Below are positions 21,001 through 30,582 of a stretch of DNA of 64,000 nucleotides, piece by piece. Under the pieces are notes generated by a model. That model was not told where the DNA came from and searched no databases. It was given only the letters and a program-made list of their open reading frames with translations. Numbering within the stretch: position 1 is the stretch's first letter; each line of letters starts with the position of its first letter. The stretch spans positions 352,001-416,000 of the forward strand of contig CAWJKT010000011.1 of the NCBI GenBank assembly GCA_963843375.1, written 5' to 3'. This DNA is from an uncultured Pseudomonadota bacterium. GTDB lineage: Bacteria > Oederibacteriota > Muellerivitia > Muellerivitales > Muellerivitaceae. A program made the translations under genes and the position numbers.

Positions 21001-23906
21001 CAAGACCCGGGGATTCAACAATGCTGTTAAGCCGGCCGCCAACATCCCGATAGAAATAGACCCCTTCATTCTTCGACCAAAACTGGAAATTGAAAGGGAT
21101 GAGTTGAAATTAGCCTTCGCGGCCGTGACCCATTCCAGAAAATTCCGGTGGCTGACGAACAATCGGTAAAGTGTTCGAGTGATTGCGTCTAAGTGCATCC
21201 AGGCCCGATTGGCGACAAGAAGCAGATTGACGATGAATTGTCCTCCACCCAGGAGAAAATTCCTTCGGATTTCCACTAGTTGGTCCCTCCAATGCAGGGA
21301 AGTTCTCCAAAAAGCCAAGTCCCCCAAAAAAGGCATCAGGGAGGGAAGGGCAATCGCCGAAAGAGCCAAGCCGACCCAGACCGTCCGATCAACCTGGGGA
21401 AGGCAAAAGGCGGAAATTAATAGGCCGATGGTGCCGAGGGGGGAAAGACTCCGTCGCAGGTTGTCGGCCATTTTCCACCGAGCGAGGGTGGAGAGGGATG
21501 TCCCCGCTCGCCCGAAGATCCAGGGCAGAAGCTGCCAGTCCCCCCGAATCCAACGGTGGCTCCGGGAGGTTGAGATTTCCGCATGGGAGGGGAACTCCTC
21601 GAAAAATTCCAAGTCACTGGCGTATCCACATCGGGCGAAAGAACCCTCGAAAAGATCGTGGCTCAATAAACGGTTTTCCGGGATCCGGCCTTCCAGAGAT
21701 TTTTCATAGGCATCCACGTCATAGATTCCCTTTCCGGTAAAGCTGCCTTCGCCGAACAAGTCTTGATACACGTCGGAGACGGCCGAAGCGTAGGGGTCAA
21801 TTCCGCATTCACCCGAAAAGAGCCTCTGGAAAATGGATTTCTCATTGCGTCCCGGTAAAAAGGCAGTTACTCGAGGTTGTAAAATCCCATAGCCCTCCAC
21901 CACCTTCTTTAGCTGGGGATCCAAACGGGCCCGGTGGAGGGGGTGGGCCAAAATCCCCACCAATTGATTAACGACCCCCGGCGGAAGTTTCGTGTCGGCG
22001 TCCAGGGTAATGACATAACGAACCCCATTAGGGGCCTCAACAACAGAGCCGTCCGGGTTGAAGTAGCTGGTGTCGACCGCTTTCCTCAGAAGACGGTTGA
22101 ATTCATGGAGTTTCCCGCGTTTGCGTTCCCAACCCATCCATTTTCCCTCCAATGGATTCCAGAGCCTTTTGCGGTGAAAGAAGAAAAAACGCGGATTTCC
22201 ATCTGGCGCCGGCCCGTGTTTTTGGTTGAGTGCGGCCACTCCTTGAACGGCCGAGGATATTTTTTTGAGGTCTTCTGGAGAAATTTCCAAATCCGAGTCG
22301 GGCCAATCGGTGAGAAGGGCGAAAAGGACATCTCCCTCGGAATTAGAAAGATAGTGAACCTCCAATTTTTCCAACTGTTCGGGGATATCCAACTCATCCT
22401 CCAGCAGGGTTGGAACAACCACAAAGGTACGAAAATTTGAAGGGAGGCCTTCTGGAAATTCCAGTCGGGACAAATGCCTAGGAGGAACCATCCGTGTGAC
22501 AAAACGATTGACCCAATCCACGGCTAGATCGGAAGCGGGGAAAAAACCAAAAGCCAGCAAAAGAAGGAGTATGAAAATAGGCAGGGCGGGATTCAAGAGG
22601 ACGGCGATCCCGAGAAGGACAAACGTTATCAATAGAAGGTTTCCCATATAAGTGACGGTTGGATGGTCCGTGCAAAGCCGCAGGAAGCGGTCTTTAACCG
22701 GAACCCGGAAGCCGACCTCTTTTTCAAAAGACCTGCGGCCTTCCGAAAAAAGATAATAGCCGGGGTCCCGAAACCTTTCGGAAAATCCGCTTTGACCGGA
22801 CCCTCCTTCGGCTTTTTGGACCGCCCAGCGGGCGATTTCCAACTCGCTTTTTTTAGAGCCTTTGGCAATTTCCTCTATTGCGGCACGGTAACTGTTGCGG
22901 GTCATGAAATCCATCTTTTGGAAATTGGGGTGTTCCGCCAGGATTTCCTGGACAAGGCTGACCCGCTCGAAGAATTCCTGCCAATCGAAGGTCGGTCATG
23001 GAACGGAAACTGGTGATCATATTCCGGACGGTGCTGTTGTTGGCGGCCTGCCGGCTGTGGACGGAAGCCACCAGTTCCTCAGCGGTCGTTTTCTTGGCGG
23101 CCAACCTTTCGTTCAACCACCGAACCAAAGGTGTTCCCGTGGGGTCCTGGTAACGCAAGCGCTGGATAAGCTGAACCAGGAATGCCGGATGGGCGGATTG
23201 TCGCTCCAATTTCGACGCAGAGGGACGCCCGGCTGCGGCGGATTCCTCGATAAGCCCTAAAAGCTCGTCCACGAAGGTATCCGCGTCCTGCCGGGCTTCC
23301 TGGGAGGTAACCAGGTAAACGGCTATTCGGCGGAGGTTATCGACCATCACTACACGCAATGTAATGGCCAGGGCCCAGAGCTCTCCGATGGTGAGCGGCT
23401 GGACCTGCTGGTAGGAGCGGACAAAATGAATCAGGGATTCGGGATCGAAACGGCTATCCGTGTGGGCCACGTAAGCCCAAGCCAATCCGTAAACGCGCGG
23501 GATACCACTTCAAGAAACCCTCGGAAAGCTTGGGGAGTTCGTTGTAAAAATCGTGGGGCAGAAATTTTTTAATATCCCGAAGCTGTTCTTTCACCACGTA
23601 AAAGGAATCGATCAACCATTCGCCCGCGGGATGGATCGGCTTCTTTTTTTCGGCCTCCTGAGTCAGATACCGGAAGGATTCCTGGAGTATTTTTTGGTTT
23701 TCACGCAAACGGGGAGTCAGCGGGACTCCGGATTTTGGATCATCAGTTACCGTTTGGGCCACTGCCAGTGATCGGGCATGCTGGTCGAAGCGCTCAACAC
23801 TGAAGAGTTCGGAGCGAATGGGATCTTCCATGGGCCTGGAGACGAGGAAAGAGAAGGAAAGCAGGGAATTAAACTGGTGTTTGAGATTTAAAAAGGTTTG
23901 ATTCAT
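15079..23906 (-). CDS. ndvB: Cyclic beta-1,2-glucan synthase/phosphorylase (NdvB/Cgs; GT84 + GH94), interrupted by five +1 frameshifts
   Basis: Joined fragments show [100 protein letters not shown]. Removing 5 bases from 8828 nt gives 2941 codons. Confidence 0.9.
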
Positions 23907-24086
23907 TTCGGCGATGTTCCATTCTTTGAGATTTAAACCCTGAAGATACCGATGGTTGAAATCGCCGATCCGATTTGTCCCGAATTTATAGTACTTGAAA
24001 GGGTTGAAAAACCGAGGAACCTTCTTTTGCGAAAGAAACCGGGGAAGAGCCCGGATTTTCCATCAAACTGCCCTATCGAAATAAAA

Positions 24087-24100
24087 GCAAGAAACAAGCC
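24087..24100 (-). promoter_or_regulatory. sigma54 promoter (leftward, toward ndvB)
   Basis: Minus strand GGCTTGTTTCTTGC; one mismatch from the 14308-14321 site. Confidence 0.7.
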
Positions 24101-24162
24101 CGGGCCGGTATTTTTAATTTGGCTTGGGGGGTACTTTTTAAGATTTTAAATAGTTGGTGGAA

Positions 24163-24193
24163 ATCAAAATGAGAGCTGGCGGATCATTTTGAT
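24163..24193. promoter_or_regulatory. Tandem ATCA-N3-TGAT boxes between divergent sigma54 promoters
   Basis: ATCAAAATGAG (24163-24173) and ATCATTTTGAT (24183-24193). Confidence 0.72.
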
Positions 24194-24266
24194 CGATGGC
24201 ACGCAGGGGTTCGGCGGGAAACCCCTCAACGACAAAAAACAATCGTTTCCCCTCGAGTTTCATCGG

Positions 24267-24280
24267 GGTATGGAACTTGC
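24267..24280 (+). promoter_or_regulatory. sigma54 promoter (rightward)
   Basis: GGTATGGAACTTGC. Confidence 0.75.
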
Positions 24281-24334
24281 TTTAATTTAGAAGATGTAAA
24301 TCGGAAAAACAAAGAAAATTCGGGAGCGTGAAAA

Positions 24335-24610
24335 ATGATTTATTCTTTTCAATTACATAATTTGGTTTGGTTTTTGTTGGTAGGCGGTTTGGCTGGTTGG
24401 CTGGCAAGTAGTTTGGTCATGGGCGGAGGCATGGGAATTATCGCTGATATCGCCGTAGGGGTTGCTGGGGCACTTGTCGGCGGGATTTTGGCCGATTCCT
24501 TCAACTGGAACATCTATGGTTTTTGGGGTGTGTTAGGTGTTTCGATTTTGGGCGCCATGATCTTGATCGTGCTGTTCCGTGGACTTTCCGGCAGGTGGCG
24601 CAGGGCTTAA
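24335..24610 (+). CDS. GlsB/YeaQ/YmgE (transglycosylase-associated) stress membrane protein
   Basis: LLVGGLAGWLAS...G.IADIAVGVAGALVGG...SILGAMIL. Confidence 0.9.
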   Translation: MIYSFQLHNLVWFLLVGGLAGWLASSLVMGGGMGIIADIAVGVAGALVGGILADSFNWNIYGFWGVLGVSILGAMILIVLFRGLSGRWRRA

Positions 24611-24730
24611 TGAGTTTTGAAGTTCGGTGAAGAAAATTCATGGAATCCTGGAACAACATGGTTTTGGATGGCCTCAGGTTGTAAAAAACGAGCGAAATTA
24701 ATCGTCCGTTAGAAAAAGTTTTAGAACTGA

Positions 24731-24760
24731 AGCCGCTTTCCGACGGGAAGCGGTTTTTTT
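24731..24760 (+). terminator. Rho-independent terminator
   Basis: AGCCGCTTTCC-gac-GGGAAGCGGTT followed by a T tract. Confidence 0.75.
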
Positions 24761-24805
24761 ATTCGGGCCGGTTATTCATCGGGTATCGTCCCGGGGGAGG
24801 AGCGC

Positions 24806-25447
24806 GTGATGAAATGGCGGATTTTGATTTTGTCGACCATTGTTGGGTTTCAGGGCCCGGTATGGATCCCCGGGGCCCTCGCTTCGACAACGAAAACCAA
24901 GACCAGCAAGCCCATTCGGGATTTTATGTCCGGAAGCCAGCTTTGGATCGAGGGCAATTCCTCGGTGCGTCGATACTACCTCACCGCCGAAAAAATTTCG
25001 GCCAAAAGTGATTTGAACGGGATTTCGGAGACGAAAGCCTTGATGGACTTGATCCTCAACCGCAAGGGCCACCATCTGGTGGTGACCATGCCGGTGAAAA
25101 ACCTGAAGTCCGGCGATCCCAACATGGACCAGAACGCCTATGACAAGTTGAAGTCCAAGGAGTTTTCCGACATTGTTTTTACTCTGGGTGATTACGTGGT
25201 AAAGGCTTATCCTCACAGTCTTACCACCTATGCTCTGCTGGTATTCGGCAAGCTAAGGGTTGCGGGTGTCGAAAAGGACGTTGTTTTGGAGCCGACGATG
25301 GTCATCGGCAGGAACGGTATTCGGATTTACGGCACCCAAGACGTCTATCAGAAAGATTACGGTATCTCGCCCTATAGCGTGGCCTTGGTCATGACCACAG
25401 ATGACAAGGTCGTGGTTCATTACATGATCGCGCTGGGGCCGAAATGA
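24806..25447 (+). CDS. YceI-family secreted protein
   Basis: Signal peptide; SQLWIEGNSS, V..LKSG...MD..AY..LK..EF..I.F, GKL.VAGV.K.V. Confidence 0.75.
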   Translation: MMKWRILILSTIVGFQGPVWIPGALASTTKTKTSKPIRDFMSGSQLWIEGNSSVRRYYLTAEKISAKSDLNGISETKALMDLILNRKGHHLVVTMPVKNLKSGDPNMDQNAYDKLKSKEFSDIVFTLGDYVVKAYPHSLTTYALLVFGKLRVAGVEKDVVLEPTMVIGRNGIRIYGTQDVYQKDYGISPYSVALVMTTDDKVVVHYMIALGPK

Positions 25448-25559
25448 TAAAAAAAGAAATCAAGTCATTGGCGCGAACCCGACAACCCAATAACAATATG
25501 AATTTCAACTATATTTCGACGGGGGTACTAATCCTATTTGTTCTTCTCGCTTCCTTGAA

Positions 25560-26822
25560 ATGCTCGGGCCAAAAGAACGCGGGCCACGCCATCCCGGTTC
25601 CGAATCATATCGAAACACATTGAGCTCCCTAAAACCGCTTATTTCGGGAAAAAAAACCAGGCCATGGGAGGGCGAGAAGCTTTATTTTAAAGGAAACGAT
25701 TTTTTTAAAGACGTTTTAAACGCCATCCGTCTCTCCAAAAACAGCGTAGATTTTGAAGTTTATATTTATGAAAAGGGTATTTTGGGTAACCGAGTTGCTT
25801 CTGCATTAATTCAGGCCGCCCGTCGGGGGGTAAAAGTGCGTCTTTTGGTGGATGGAATTGGATCGCCCGATTGCGTCTCCGATTATGGTGAAATGTTTAG
25901 AAAAAGTAGGGTGCGATTCAGGGTTTACCGCCACCTTCCCCATTTTTTCAACTTGTTTTCCCGACCATTCGCTTTTTTGTATACCGGAAAAGCCCTTCAC
26001 CGTCTTCGGATTCTATGGTTCCGAATGAATCGCCGGGACCATCGTAAACTGTTCATGGTGGACCGGGAACGGATCTGGTTGGGAGGCTTCAATGTTTCGG
26101 ACGAGCACCTGGAGTCTGTAGCCGGTAAAAAAGCCTGGCGGGACACGGGAATGCGCCTGTCAGGTGTTCGGGACAAGGCATTCCGGCTGGCATTTAATAC
26201 GGCCTGGCACGATAAGGTTCACCGGCGTCTTTGGAGGTTTTACCGTGGCAAGTTAATCGCCTGGTTGTCCCGAAAGTCCGATTCTCATTCTATTCAAATC
26301 AACGCCACTCGCAGGCTCCGAAAGCGGTTCCACAAGGAACTGCTAGGTCGTTTGAGATCGGTTCGACGGCGGATTTGGGTCACAACGCCTTATTTCATTC
26401 CCGCCCTCCCCGTGTTTCGAGCTTTGCTAAGAGCGTCCCTTCAGGGTTGCGATGTGCGTTTGGTTCTTCCCGAGAAATCGGATATTCCGTTCGTTCGTTG
26501 GGCTTCCATGACTTTTTTTGCGCCGCTTCTGAAGGCGGGATGCCGAATATTCGAATACCACAAGAGCATCTTGCACGCGAAAACCCTTTTAGTGGATGAC
26601 TGGTCCCTGTTAGGGTCAAGCAACTTCAATCATCGTAGTTTTTTGTTCGACTTGGAGGTGGACGTTGTCCCGCAGAAGCCGGCGTCCCTGAAAGCATTGG
26701 AGCGGCAGTATGCTTTCGATTACAGGCAAAGCCGGGAAATAATTTTTCCGGATTTGAATCTCAGGCCCTATTGGGACCGGTTTTTAACTTGGCTTTTTTT
26801 TCGCCTGCGGCATTGGCTTTAA
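25560..26822 (+). CDS. Cardiolipin synthase (ClsB-like phospholipase D)
   Basis: Two HKD motifs (HRKLFMVD, HAKTLLVD), WRDT, TPYFIP, GSSNF..RS; no N-terminal TM; start uncertain. Confidence 0.88.
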   Translation: MLGPKERGPRHPGSESYRNTLSSLKPLISGKKTRPWEGEKLYFKGNDFFKDVLNAIRLSKNSVDFEVYIYEKGILGNRVASALIQAARRGVKVRLLVDGIGSPDCVSDYGEMFRKSRVRFRVYRHLPHFFNLFSRPFAFLYTGKALHRLRILWFRMNRRDHRKLFMVDRERIWLGGFNVSDEHLESVAGKKAWRDTGMRLSGVRDKAFRLAFNTAWHDKVHRRLWRFYRGKLIAWLSRKSDSHSIQINATRRLRKRFHKELLGRLRSVRRRIWVTTPYFIPALPVFRALLRASLQGCDVRLVLPEKSDIPFVRWASMTFFAPLLKAGCRIFEYHKSILHAKTLLVDDWSLLGSSNFNHRSFLFDLEVDVVPQKPASLKALERQYAFDYRQSREIIFPDLNLRPYWDRFLTWLFFRLRHWL

Positions 26823-26856
26823 CCGGAAAAATAAGCGGACCCTCAGCGCGAAGCCT

Positions 26857-26897
26857 ATCAAAATGATTTTTAAAAACCGATTTCAGATCATATTGAT
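26857..26897. promoter_or_regulatory. Tandem ATCA-N3-TGAT boxes (30-bp spacing)
   Basis: ATCAAAATGAT (26857-26867) and ATCATATTGAT (26887-26897); no clean sigma54 site found nearby. Confidence 0.5.
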
Positions 26898-27115
26898 AGA
26901 GCTCGGAGTATTTACTTTTAATAATTTTTAACTCGGCTTGTATTGGCCTATTAACGAACTCATACTGAACTTGATCGAAGATTTTTTAAATTTTCACTAA
27001 AAATTTTTTCAACATTATCAAGTAATGGGTGGCATCCAAATCTTCGGAGGAAACGAACCTGGAAAAAAACAGGATTCAGCGACAAAGTAATACTCACGTC
27101 CTAATCTAGTTTCGG

Positions 27116-27152
27116 TAGGGCGGGTGCCTTGAAACACCCGCTCTATTTTTTT
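27116..27152 (+). terminator. Intrinsic terminator located in the 5' region of the next gene
   Basis: TAGGGCGGGTG-ccttgaaa-CACCCGCTCTA plus T7, ending about 45 nt before ATG 27197. Confidence 0.7.
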
Positions 27153-27196
27153 GAAAAAAATCATTTAATAAAAGAAAAGGCCGCCGGGGAAAGTCG

Positions 27197-28294
27197 ATGG
27201 GGATTAACCGAAATAGTTTTGGATTCTATATCATTTGTTTGGTTGTTTTGACCGGAACACCCGCCCTCAGTTTAGCCGATGATGGGAACATCATTGTTTT
27301 GGATTGCACAAAATCGGGCGGGGTCCCTGATTTAACGAGCCAATTACCGACGGTGTATGTGGCACGCAATCATTTCGATCCCTCTCGATTTTCTGAGAAC
27401 GGTGAAATATCCAAGGCCGATTTTTCCAATCTCGCCCGAACAGGATTAAAAATTCCTAAAGTCGCCATCCGTTTTAAGATCAGGAAAAATGACGAGGTGG
27501 ATGTTTATATCGTCACTTCGGTCCGGATGGACACCTTTGAGCAGGCGACCGCCACCGCGATCGCTCCGCTACAATGGGTTACCGATCCCATTAACTTTGT
27601 CACCTCAAACTTTTCCCAGGCCACCAGCCCCGTGACGACAACGAGCCAACCGATTACATTATCCATCGTGAAAACGGCGCGATTCCTCCTTAATGAACAA
27701 CAAAGACCAACCTCTTTGGAATCGGGCCGTGACGCGAAGGCTTCTTCTGTTTTTGGGGTTACTTTCAAGGCGGCGACGCTCCCGCTGGGTCCGGAGGAAA
27801 AACTTCCACCCAAAAATATTTATTATTATTATCGGCAAAGATATAAATTGAAGTTTGATAACGCCATCGTAAGCCTGTCGTTTCAGGACCAAAACGGGAA
27901 CCTGGAGGATGTGGCGACTATCATTACAGGCCCATCTGATAATTGGTTTCTCACGGCGGGGGGGCCCATCTTAGCCTACAATCCCGACACGAATGGTTTT
28001 GGCGGAAATGCCACGGGACTTTACCTGGGTTTGAATTGGACCCCCAATGATATTTTTGACCCCAACGCGAGGCTCCTCATTGTGAATTTACTGGATGTGA
28101 ATACAACCAACCCCACTTCGGCCATCGGATTAGTGGGTCTCGGGATGGGTTTTCCGAAAACGAGCCATTTTATCCCTTTGTCGACATTATCGGTCACTGA
28201 AGTCTTGGCCTACAACCTGACCCTGTCTAAATTTCAATTTATGACCATGATCAACTACGACGTAACCGATATTTTGCAGTTATTAAAATTATGA
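27197..28294 (+). CDS. Secreted hypothetical protein
   Basis: 365-aa ORF with signal peptide; beta-rich C-terminus; no family recognised. Confidence 0.7.
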   Translation: MGINRNSFGFYIICLVVLTGTPALSLADDGNIIVLDCTKSGGVPDLTSQLPTVYVARNHFDPSRFSENGEISKADFSNLARTGLKIPKVAIRFKIRKNDEVDVYIVTSVRMDTFEQATATAIAPLQWVTDPINFVTSNFSQATSPVTTTSQPITLSIVKTARFLLNEQQRPTSLESGRDAKASSVFGVTFKAATLPLGPEEKLPPKNIYYYYRQRYKLKFDNAIVSLSFQDQNGNLEDVATIITGPSDNWFLTAGGPILAYNPDTNGFGGNATGLYLGLNWTPNDIFDPNARLLIVNLLDVNTTNPTSAIGLVGLGMGFPKTSHFIPLSTLSVTEVLAYNLTLSKFQFMTMINYDVTDILQLLKL

Positions 28295-28340
28295 TCAGAT
28301 CCGGTAACCCGTCGATTTTGTAATAAAGGTGAGAACCAGT

Positions 28341-29135
28341 CTAGCCACGAAGGCTTTTCACGGTATATTTTTTCGCCATTGGATGGGTTGTTTGAATGAG
28401 TTGGTTTCGGCCTTTTGCCTTGGCGTCATAAAGGGCCCGGTCCGACAAGGCAATTAGTTGCCGGTAATTGAAGCCTGAGCTCTCGTAATTGGTCGCGGCT
28501 CCCAGGCTAACCGTTAGTGGGAAACGCCTCTGGCGGCAGATGAAAACTTGTCCTTGCGTCTTCTTGCGGATGCGTTCCGCCACTTTCCGCACCTCTTCTT
28601 TGTTGCAATCGGGAAGAATCACCAGAAACTCCTCGCCTCCATAGCGGACCGCCAAGTCCCGCGCACGGATGCATTTTTTCAGTAGGGCGGCGAAACACTC
28701 CAAGACATGATTTCCATAAGGATGCCCGCAAGCGTCGTTGATTCTTTTGAAATGATCCAAATCCATCATCAGGCAGGAGATCGGCTGATGGTTGGTGCAG
28801 TGTTTACGGAATTCAATCTTGAATTTTTCGTGCAGGAACCGGTGGTTTCCCAAGCCGGTGAGAGGGTCGGTGGAGAGTTCCCGGGTTAAGCGCCGGTTTT
28901 TACTCGTCATGGAATCGGTGCGGCGGCCCAGAAAAAAACCGAAAGTAGAAAAAAACAGGCTGGCAGCGGAAAGGATAAAAATGAAGAAAAGCAAATGTCT
29001 CTGCAACGCTTTGGCGATGAAGTCGGGGAGCTCCAGTGCGTGATGAGGGGAAAACCAAAGAAGGAGCAGCCCACTCAAGGGAGCCCACAAGCCCAGTAGT
29101 AAGCCGATAATGGTGTAGAGAAAAATCTTTTTCAT
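28341..29135 (-). CDS. Membrane-bound diguanylate cyclase (GGDEF)
   Basis: Two TMs, DPLTGLGN, DLDHFKRIND..GH..G, RARD I-site, RYGGEEF; ATG 29135 preferred over the track start at 29249. Confidence 0.92.
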   Translation of the reverse strand: MKKIFLYTIIGLLLGLWAPLSGLLLLWFSPHHALELPDFIAKALQRHLLFFIFILSAASLFFSTFGFFLGRRTDSMTSKNRRLTRELSTDPLTGLGNHRFLHEKFKIEFRKHCTNHQPISCLMMDLDHFKRINDACGHPYGNHVLECFAALLKKCIRARDLAVRYGGEEFLVILPDCNKEEVRKVAERIRKKTQGQVFICRQRRFPLTVSLGAATNYESSGFNYRQLIALSDRALYDAKAKGRNQLIQTTHPMAKKYTVKSLRG

Positions 29136-29244
29136 CGATGAACTTATAATAGTAAGACTAATGTTGGGTAATAGAAACGGTGGAACAAAATCTCTCATCG
29201 GGGACCACTCACTTTGTGAATGGGGTGTGATAAAACAACGACAG

Positions 29245-29276
29245 CTCAAAATGATAGGCCTTCAAATCATTTTGCC
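29245..29276. promoter_or_regulatory. Tandem ATCA-N3-TGAT-like boxes (putative UAS)
   Basis: CTCAAAATGAT (29245-29255) and ATCATTTTGCC (29266-29276). Confidence 0.6.
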
Positions 29277-29369
29277 ACTCGTACCGATTTCCTGTTTTTT
29301 TCAAAATACACTCGAAAAATATTTTTCATACGGGCGAGCCTTTTTGGCGCCCGAATCCTCCATAAGGTG

Positions 29370-29383
29370 GGCATGATACTTGC
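29370..29383 (+). promoter_or_regulatory. sigma54 promoter
   Basis: GGCATGATACTTGC. Confidence 0.72.
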
Positions 29384-29432
29384 TCTAACTTTCTTCCTGC
29401 GTATCAATTCTCTTCGGATAAGGAAAACTAAA

Positions 29433-29552
29433 ATGGCAAAAAGAACTAGGGGCGCGAGGATGGTGGCCGCGAAAAAAAGAGCCGCGAAACGACATGGAGG
29501 CAAGGGGATGGTTAAGAACAGGACCATCGGCAAGCACATCATGAAGACCTAG
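29433..29552 (+). CDS. 39-aa highly basic microprotein
   Basis: AAGGA RBS; MAKRTRGARMVAAKKRAAKRHGGKGMVKNRTIGKHIMKT; first ORF after the sigma54 motif. Confidence 0.6.
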   Translation: MAKRTRGARMVAAKKRAAKRHGGKGMVKNRTIGKHIMKT

Positions 29553-29617
29553 TGGTAAAGAGTGTAATCCCTAATCACAGGTGTTCCGAGTCGTCATCAA
29601 TCGCTACGGGAGAAATT

Positions 29618-30385
29618 ATGAAATCGATGGTTTTTAGTGTCCTCAAATTCACGGGAGCCTGTTTGCTTCTCTTTGCTTTTTCCTTCATGGTTGGAACGAA
29701 AGTTCTTTCCGCCGAACCCACCCTTATTCACCTGAATTTCCAAAATGATCAGGGTCAGCCGGTCGAAGTGACCCGCGCGACCTTGGTTTTAGTGGCCGGA
29801 AGTTATGTCGATAAATTGCCATTGGAAATTACCAACCACGGGTTGGATCTTCCATTGGACCCTTCCTGGTTGAAAGCCAACTGGCCCGGGGGCATTAGCC
29901 GCTTTAAAAATATGGACCGAGCCTATGTATTTCTGAAAGCCCCGGGTTACGCCTCAATTTGCTCGGACCCGATTCACTGGATCGGAACCGAAGCGGACGG
30001 TCTGGGAAAAGACGTTATCATTTCCTTTCCATACGGCAAAACAATAGCGATCTCGCGAGGGCAGACGGTTTCTTTCACGGTGACTCTTCGAAGGGCTACC
30101 GACCGGTTTTTGAAGCTTTCGGATGGGAAGGGCAGGCCTCTTGTGGGGGTCCAGGTTAAATCCTACATTTATTGGTCCAAAACGGATGATGGTGACTTGA
30201 ACGGATCAGATTTTTTAAGCGAAGGAACCAGTGATGAAACGGGACGAGTCCCAGTGATGGATGGTGATTTCATTTATGCCTTTCAAGTGACTCCAAAGAC
30301 TGTTGACGGCAATAAGGCCGCCACCGTGCTCATTGTGAGGCGTTTTGAAGGTAAGGAATATCCTGCCACCGTGCAAAATGATTAA
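29618..30385 (+). CDS. Secreted hypothetical protein (beta-sandwich/carboxypeptidase-regulatory-like)
   Basis: GGAG RBS before ATG 29618; signal peptide; D..G.PL.GV.V...TSDETGR.. motif. Confidence 0.65.
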   Translation: MKSMVFSVLKFTGACLLLFAFSFMVGTKVLSAEPTLIHLNFQNDQGQPVEVTRATLVLVAGSYVDKLPLEITNHGLDLPLDPSWLKANWPGGISRFKNMDRAYVFLKAPGYASICSDPIHWIGTEADGLGKDVIISFPYGKTIAISRGQTVSFTVTLRRATDRFLKLSDGKGRPLVGVQVKSYIYWSKTDDGDLNGSDFLSEGTSDETGRVPVMDGDFIYAFQVTPKTVDGNKAATVLIVRRFEGKEYPATVQND

Positions 30386-30582
30386 TCACGGATTAGGCGA
30401 CGGAATAAGCTTAATATCGGTGTTTTTGGAGATTTGAATGAAGGTGGTACCCAAGTTTTGACGCAACAGGGTTTTCAACCAAGGAAAGAGAAAAAGTAGA
30501 TAGGCGGTTGATTCGATTGTTGAGTTAACCGAGTTCAATTAAGTTGTTTTTTAAAACAGTTCGTTAAAGAAAAGAGGAAGCT

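Noticed and set aside
15079..23906. Programmed frameshifting or a multi-gene operon explaining the ndvB fragments
   Set aside because: Five shifts without canonical slippery heptamers, cutting through conserved domains; indels are more parsimonious.
27070..27085. Minus-strand CGCTGAATCC resembling the c-di-AMP (ydaO) riboswitch 5' end
   Set aside because: The downstream conserved GGGGGAACC and GGGGTGAA elements are absent and no gene follows on that strand.
27114..27127. GG-N10-GC motif upstream of 27197
   Set aside because: It lies within the terminator stem and lacks TTGC; likely chance.
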